A stretch of DNA of 64,000 nucleotides, taken from NCBI RefSeq assembly GCF_009914755.1, contig NC_060927.1; one strand, 5' to 3'. The translations under genes and the position numbers were made by a program. Within the stretch, counting starts at the first letter, position 1, and every line of letters starts with the position of its first letter. The stretch comes from the human T2T-CHM13v2.0 reference genome, Homo sapiens. This document shows positions 55,951 to 64,000 of this stretch, piece by piece. The notes under the pieces were generated by a model. The model searched no databases and was not told where the DNA came from. It was given only the letters and a program-made list of their open reading frames with translations.

Positions 55951-58900
55951 TTTAAAAGAGTGTATAGTGACCTAAATGGGATTAGGATCAAGAGATGTGA
56001 AATATGTAGAAATAATAACTATTATATCTTACCTATTTTCTGTCTCCTCTGGATATGTAACTATTTTATATCTTATGTTGAGTTTTGCACAGTTTCTGAC
56101 ATACAAAGAAGTTTCTTAACATATTTGTTGAATTAATGCAGAAATGAGTGAGAAGGCCAGCTGGGAAGCTATTTACTTTTCTATCCAGAATGCTAAAACT
56201 CTCATCCCTTGCAACTATTTCAGGAATAGATAGTTCAAGCAAAACTATCTAATTGCACTGTGATTCTTACTCATTCTAAAATCTGTTATTGGTACTTGTA
56301 CATAGAGGAAATATGAAATGCTGAAACACAACTTTAAGCAAATGAAAACTAGTCATACAGTTAGACACAATGCCAAATAGTTTTTTTGGGGGGGACTGAA
56401 TTAGATTCCTTTTTAAGTGTCGCTTCTGGCCCATGAATATGTATCTGTAGGTTTGTGTACATCTGCTTTGATCATAACATTCCAAAAGTGTCATATCCTA
56501 AAGAAAAAGAATTGCTCTAAAACTTAGAGATGTACTTACTGTTGTATTCTATCAGTATCTCAACTGGCTTGCTTTGAATAATAGCATCATCAATTTACTT
56601 TTCTGTTGCTCAAATGACCGGTTACAAAGCACAACCAAACTGTTGTAGTTTTAGGAAATCAACAGTATTTACATTTTTATTGAGCAAACAGAATGCTATT
56701 CATTGCTTTGACCAGGGGTTACTGATGATCTGAAAAGTGATTAATGGTCAGCAACAACAAATTTATTTCAGGAGCTTATAGATTTCCATGGGATGTGATT
56801 TTATGCTTTAGTTGACTTGCCATGTTTTGTCATTTTTTTATTACCTCCCATGCCATATACTGTGTAAATATATTAAACTTTTTGAGATATCTTAGATGTT
56901 TTGACTGGATCTCGGCTTACACTTGGACAAGTTAGATAACCTACCAACAGTAATAAATGTAAATGTGAAATGTCATAAAGTGCTTTTGAAATGTATTAAA
57001 GCTTAAATGTCAAGTGGCATGCTAGCATATTTTAGAAATATGATTTACATTAAATGTTTTAAAATATTATTTTAAGACATTTAAACAAATACGAGCTAAA
57101 GAACTAGTGGAAATGTCTGTTCATACAAAACATTTCCCAATGCCAGACCAATGTGGAAAAAATATTTAAAATTTTATGAAGTATATATGTATTAAGTACA
57201 TCATGGTCAGTAAATAAAGAGACCACTGGACTTGTAACCAGATCATTTAGATTCTAGTCCTAAAATATGCCAGGATAGCAGCAGAGTGGGAACATTTTTT
57301 GAAAACTATACTAATTACTATGTGTCAGGAAACAGAACATTAACTACACTCTTAATTCTACAAGTATTTTCAACAAGTTTCCTGTTGTACTTACCTTTAT
57401 GAAATAATCAGTCTGCTTCTCTTTTAGGTAAGTGGAATCTGTAATGTATACAAGATGTGAAAATAAAAGTACTTTGATTTAATGTATAGATTTATAATTA
57501 TTAACTATCCTGCCAAAGTAACAAATGACACATTTAAGTGCAAACATGTAAGAGGTGTATATAGTTATAAAGTACATGAGATGTTTTGACACAGGGATGC
57601 AGTGTAAAATAAGCCCATCATGGAGAATGGGGTATCCATTTACTCAAGCATTTATCCTTTGAGTTACAAACATTCCAGTTACATTATTTATTTTAAAATA
57701 TTCAATTAAGTTGTTATTAACTACAGTCACCCTATTGTACTTTCAAACATTATGTCTTATTCATTCTTTCTATTTTTTTTACCCATTAACCATCACCTTC
57801 TACCTTCCCCCCCAGTCCCCCACTACCCTTCCCAGCCTCTGATAACTATCTTTCTACCCTGTATGTTCATGAGTTCAATTTTTTTTTTTAATTTTTAGAT
57901 CCCACAGATAAGTGAGAACATGTGATGTTTGTCTTTTGTCTTTATGTACCTGGCTTATTTCACTTAACATAATGATCTCCAGTTTTATCCATGTTATTGT
58001 GAACCATTAGATCTCATTCTTTTTTATGGCTGAATAGTACTTCATTGTGTATATGTACTACATTTTCTTTATCCATTCATCTGGTGATGGACATTTAGGT
58101 TGCTTCCAAATCTTAACTATGGTGAGCAGTGCTGCAACAAACATAGGAGTGCAGGTATCTCTTTAATATACTGATTTCCTTTCTTTTGGGTATATTCTTA
58201 GCATTAGGATTGCTGGATCATGTGGTAGCTCAATTTTTAGATTTTTGAGGACCCTCTAAACTGTTCTCCATAGTGCTTGCACTAATTTACATTCCCACAC
58301 AGTATGCAAGGGTTCCCTTTTCTCCACATCCTTGCCAACATTTGTTATTGCTTGTCTTTTAGATATAAGCCATTTTAACTGAGGTGAGATGATATCTCAT
58401 AGTAGTTTTTATTTGCATTTCTGTAATGATCAGTGGTATTGAGCACCAGTGTCTATACCTGTTTGCCATGTGTATGTCCTCTAAGAAATGTCTATTCAAA
58501 TATTTTGCCCATGTGTTGATCAGATTATTATAGTTTTTTTCCCATAGAGTTGTTTAAGCTCTTTATATATTCTGGGTATCAATTCCTTGTCAGATAGGTA
58601 GTTTGCAAATATTTTCTCCCATTCAGTGGGTTGTCTATTCACTTTGTTGATTGTATCTTTGCCGTGAAGAGCCTTTTCAACTTGATGTGATTTCATTTGT
58701 CCATTTTTGCTTTGGTTGCCTGTACGTGTGGGGTATTGCTCAAGATATTTTTGCCCAGACCAATATCCTGGAGAGTTTACCCCAAAGTTTTCTTGTAGTG
58801 GTTTCATAGTTTGAGGTCTTAGATGTAAGTATTTAATTTGCTTTGTTTTAACTTTGGCATATGGTGAGAAATAGGGGTCTAGTTTCATTATTTTGCATGT

Positions 58901-61320
58901 GGATATTCAGTATTCCCAGCACCATTTGTTGAAGGACTGTCTTTTCCCCAGTGTATGTTCTTAGCATCTTTGTCAAAAATGAGTTAACTGTAGGTGTGTG
59001 GATTTGTTTCTGGGTTCTCTATTATTTTCCATTGGTCTATGTTTCCATTTTCATGCCAGTACCATGCTGTTTTGGTTACTATAGCTCTGTAGCATAACTT
59101 GAAGTCAGGTAATGTGATTCCTCCAGATTTGTTCTTTATGCTTAGGATAGTTTTAGATTTTCTGGGTCTTTTGAGATTCCACAGAAATTTTAGGCTTACT
59201 TTTTCTATATCTGAAGGTCATTGGTAGTTTGATAGGAATTGTGTTAGATCTGTGGATTGTTTTGTGTAGTATGGACATTTTAACAATATTGATTCTTCTA
59301 ACCCATGAACATGGAATATTTTTCCATTTTTTGTTGTAATCTTCATTTTCCTTCATCAGTGTTTTATAGTTTTCATTATAGATCTCCTTCATTTCTTTGG
59401 TTAATGCCTATGTATTTAATTTTTTGTGTGGCTATTGTAAATGTAATTACTTTTCAAAAATTTCTTTTTCACATTATTCACTGTTGGCAGATAAGAATGC
59501 TATTGATTTTTGTCTGTTGAATTTGTATCCTGCAACTTTACTGAATTTATCACTTCTAATAGTTTTCTTGTGTTTCTTTTCTAACAGTTTTTATATTAGG
59601 TTTTTCCAAATACAAGATCATATCATCAGCAAACAAGGACAATTTAATTTCTTTATTTTCACTTTAGATGCCCTTTATAACCTTCTCTTTTCTGATTGCT
59701 CTAGATAGGCCTTCCAGTACTATGCTGAATAATAGGGGTGACAGTAGGCATCCTTGCCATGTTCAAGATCTTAGAGGAGAGGATTTCACTTTCTGCCCAT
59801 TCAGTATGATACTAGCTTTGGTCTGTCATATATGGCTTTTATTATGAAGAGGTGTGTTCTTTCAATACTCAGTTTTTTGAGGATTTTTATCATGAAGTCA
59901 TGTTGAATTTTATCAATTTTTTTCAGAATCAATTGAAATGATTATGATTTTTATTTTTCATTCTGCTGATATGATGTGTCATGTTGATTTATTTGCATAT
60001 ATTGAACCACCTTTGCATTGCAGGGATAATCCCACTTGGTCATGATGAATGATCTTTCTAATATATTGTTGAATTCAGTTTGCTAGTGTTTAGTTGAGGA
60101 TTTTTTCATCAATATTTGTCAGAGATATTGGCCTGTAGTTTTCATTTCTTGATGTGTCTTAGTCTGGTTTTGGTAGTGGGATAATACTGGGCTCATAGAA
60201 TGAGTTTGGAATTATTCCCTCCTTCTCTGCTCTTCAGAAGAGTTTGAGTAGGATTGATATTAGTTTCCTTAAGACTGGTAGGGTTCAGCAGTGGACTCGT
60301 TGGGTCCCAGGCTTTTCTTTACTGGGAGGCTTATTTAATAGCTTTGATTTTTGTTACTTTTTATTGGTTTATTGAGGTTTTGTATTTCTTCCTGGTTCGA
60401 TCTTGGTAGGTTGCGTGTATCTAGGAATTTGTTCATTTCTTCCAGGTTTTTCAATTTATTGGCATATAGTTGCTCATAGTAGCCACTAATTATCGTTTGA
60501 ATTTTTGCAGTATTAGTTGTAATGTCTCCTCTTTCATTTCTGATTTCATTTATTTGGATCTTCTCTTTCTTTCTTAGTGTGGCCAAAGGTTTGTCAATTT
60601 TGTTTAACTTTTCAAAAAATGAGCTTTCTGTTTCATTGATCTTTTGTATTTTTTTTTCATTTCAATTTCATTTATTTCAGCTGTGATCTTTATTGTTTCT
60701 TCTACTAGTTTGGGTTTGGTTTGCTCTTGCTTTTCTAGTTCTTCAAGATGCATCATCAGATTGTTTATTTGGAGTTTTCCCTCTCTTTTGATGTAGGCAC
60801 TTGTAGCTATAAATTTTCCTCTGAGTACTGCTTTTGCTTTATCCCATAGGTATTTTATGTTTCCATTATCATTTGATAAAAGAATTTTTCAGTTTTCTTA
60901 TTAATTTCTTCATTGACCCACTGTTCATTCTGGAGCATATAGTTTAATTTTCATGTATTTGTGTAGTTTCCAAAATTCCTCTTGCTATTAATTTTTAGTT
61001 ATATTACATTGTGGTCAGAGAAGATGCTTGATATGATTTCAGTTTTTTGAAGGTTTAAAGACTTGTTTTGTGACCTAACATATGGCCTATCCTTGAGAAT
61101 GATCCATCTGCTGAGGAAAAGAATCTGTATTCTGAAGCTCTTGGATGACATGTTCTGTAAATATCTATTATGTGCATTTGATCTATAGGGCAGATTAAGT
61201 CTGATGTTTCCTTGTTGATTTTCTGTCCAGAAGATCTGTCCAGTGCTGAAAGTGAAGTGTTGAAGTCTACAGTTATTATTATATTGGGGCCTATCTCTGT
61301 CTTTAGCTCTAATAATGTTT

Positions 61321-61470
61321 CCTTTATATATATGCATGCTCCAGTGTTTGGTTCATATATGTTTACAATTATGATATCTTTTTGCTGATTCAACCCCTTT
61401 ATATATCTGTGTGCTCCAGTGTTTGGTTCATATATATTTACAATTATGATATCTTTTTGCTTAATCGACC
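61321..61470. repeat. 75-bp tandem duplication in the L1 endonuclease domain
   Basis: Units 61321-61395 and 61396-61470 differ at 7 positions. Confidence 0.95.
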
Positions 61471-63500
61471 CCTTTATCATCATATAGGGACTCTGTCTCT
61501 TCTTATAGTTTTTGACTTGAAATCTATTTTTTTCTGAGATAAGTATAGCTACTGTTGCTCCTTTTTGGTTTACATTGGCATGGAATATCTCTTACCATCT
61601 CTTTATTATCAGTCTATGTGTGCCTTTAAAAGTGAAGTGTGTTTCTTGTAGACAACAGATCAGTGGGTCTTGTTTTTTCATCCATTTAGCCAGTCTGCAT
61701 CTTTTGTTTGGAGAGTTTGGTCCATTTACATTCAATGTTATTATTGATAAGTAAGGACTTACTCCTGCCATTTTGTGACTTGGTTTTCTGATTGTTTTGT
61801 CATCTTCTCTTCTTTGTTTCTTTCCTTCCTGTCTTCCACAAGTGAAGATGATTTTTCTGGTGATATGACTTAGTTTCCTGCTTTTTGTTTTTATGTTTTT
61901 GTGTATGAAGTTACCATTAGGCTTGCAAATACTATCTCATAACCCACTATTGTAACCTTATAACAATTTAACACTATTTGCATAAACAAACAAACACAAA
62001 GAAAACTAATAAAAATTCTATGCCTTAACTTTTATCACACTGCTTTTTAATTTTTTGTTGTTTCTATTTATATCTTACGGTATTCACTATGTCCTGAAAA
62101 GTTGTAATAGTTATTGTTTTTGATTAGTTTATCATTTAGTCTTTCTGCATAGATAAGAGTAGTTTACACACCACCATTGCAGTGTTATAACATTCTTTGT
62201 TTTTCTGTGTACTTAATATTACCAGTGAGTTTTGTACCTTCAGGTGACTATTCATTGCTCATTGATGTCCTTTTCTTTCTGATTGCAGTGCTCCCTTTAG
62301 CATTTCTTGTAGGACAGGTCTAATGTTGATTAAATCCGTCAGCTTTTGTTTGTCAAGGTCTTTATTTCTCCTTTATGTTTGAAGGATATTTTCACCAGAT
62401 ATACTATTCTATGATTAAAGTTTTTTCCTTCAGCACTCTTCATATGTCATGCCACTCCCTCCTGTCCTCTATGCTTTCCACAAAGAAGTCTGCTGCCAGA
62501 CATATTGGAGCTCCATTGTATGTTATTCGTTTCTTTTCTCTTGCTGCTTTTAGGAAACTTTCTTTATCTTTGATCTTTGAGAGTTTGATCATTAAATGCC
62601 TTGAGGTAGTCTTTGGGTTAAATCTGCTTTGTCTTCTATGACCTTCTTGTATTTGGATATTGATATCTTTCTCTAAAGTTTGAAAGTTCTCTGTTATTAT
62701 TCCTTTGAATAAACTTTCTACCCCTATCTCTTTTTTACCTTCTCTTTAAGGCCAATAACTCTTTGAATTGCTCTTTTCTAGATACTGTAGAATCTAGAGG
62801 CTATTTTCTAGATTCTGTAGATGGTCTTCATGGTTTGTTATTCTTTTCTTTTTCTTTTTTGTCTTCTCTAACTGTGTATTTTCAAATAACCTGTCTCCAA
62901 GCTCACTAATTCTTTCATCTGCTTGATCCATTCTGCTATTAAAGGACTCAAACACATTCTTCAGTATACCAATTACATTTTTCAGCTCCAGAATTTCTGC
63001 TTGATTTTTTAATTATTTCAACCTCTTTATTAAATTTTTCTGATAGAATTCTGAATTCCTTCTCTGTGTTATGTGGTATTTTTTTGAGTTTCCTCAACAC
63101 AGCTATTTTGAATTCTCTGTCTGAAAAGTCATATATCTCTATTTCTCTCAGGTGCCTTATTTAATTCATTTGATGAGGTCATGGTTTCCTGGTTGATGCT
63201 AATGCTAGTAGCTGTTCTTTGGTGTCTGGACACTGAATGGTTAGGTATTTATTGTGGTCTTCACTGTTTGGGCTTATTTGTAGTCAGTCTTTTTGGGAAG
63301 GCTTTCCAGATATTTGAAAAGACTTGGGTGTTGTGATCTAACTAGTACCTGCTTTAGTGGGGACCTCAGGCCCAGTAATGCTGTGGTTCTTACAGACTTT
63401 TAGAGGTACTGCCTTGATGATCTTGGACAAGGTCCAGGAGAATTCTCTGGATTGCCAGGCAGAGACTCTTATTCTTTTTTACTTTCTGCCAAACCTACAG

Positions 63501-63502
<2 letters not shown>

Positions 63503-63544
<42 letters not shown>
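63503..63544 (+). repeat. (TC)n microsatellite
   Basis: Seen directly. Confidence 0.95.
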
Positions 63545-63546
<2 letters not shown>

Positions 63547-64000
63547 GAACCACTTAAAGCTGGAGGTGGGGTGTTACAATTGCTTCTATGGCCACCACCA
63601 TTGTAACTGCACTGGGTCAGACTTGAAGCCAGCACAGCACTAGGTCTCACACAAGGCGTGCTGTAACCACTCCTTGGCTACTGCATGTGTTCACTCAAGA
63701 CCCTGGAGCTTTATAATCAGCAGGTGGCAAAGTCAGCCAGGTCTGTTTCCTTGCCTTAAGGTTGGCAAGGTCCCCCAAATTCTGGGTTGGTCCAGATGTA
63801 CTGTCTTGGAATCAGGGACAAGAGCCAAAAACCTAAGAAGTCTACTTGGTGTTCTATAAGTGCATCTAAGCTGGCACTTAAATCACGAAATGCAGCTCTT
63901 CCCACTCTTCCCTCCCCTTTTCAAAGGCAGAGGAGCGTTCGTTTGTAGCCACCAGCAGTTCAGGCCACAAGGAGTACCACCAGACTACCACCAATGTTCC

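Larger units (their letters stand above)
57545..64000 (-). mobile_element. Near full-length LINE-1 (L1MA1/L1MA2-like): 3'UTR, ORF2, ORF1 and a 5'UTR running off the window
   Basis: Minus ORFs [55 protein letters not shown] and the endonuclease IKGSI..NIYEPN..DFNTSLS. RT FADD at 59622-59633. Confidence 0.96.

Overview
This is AT-rich, CpG-poor primate genomic DNA, probably catarrhine/human given an AluY-like element and L1PA 3' ends. I recognise no host protein-coding exon, RNA gene or CpG island. Much of the window is decayed transposable elements. LINE-1: two long copies (21.7-27.1 kb on +, 57.5-64 kb on -) plus several fragments. Endogenous retroviruses: a ~6.8 kb minus-strand ERVL/HERV-L relic (MLT2 LTR plus gag, pro, RT, RNase H, IN and dUTPase), solo LTRs (MER34-like, MER31, MER67, LTR40a, MLT1, MER4A) and a collapsed MSTA provirus. 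Others: nine Alus, MIR/L2/L3 relics and DNA-transposon MITEs (MER75 piggyBac, MER5, MER63, Tigger4). The supplied ORFs I can interpret are repeat-derived or chance. Subfamily names are recalled from consensus sequences and need RepeatMasker/Dfam confirmation. I found no convincing novel biological system. The best leads are a recursive-splice-site-like AG|GTAAGT motif (57.4 kb), four clustered inverted repeats (48.3-48.4 kb), a TGACA motif cluster in unique DNA (32.7-33.2 kb), two candidate + strand exons and several microhomology-type rearrangements inside the repeats.
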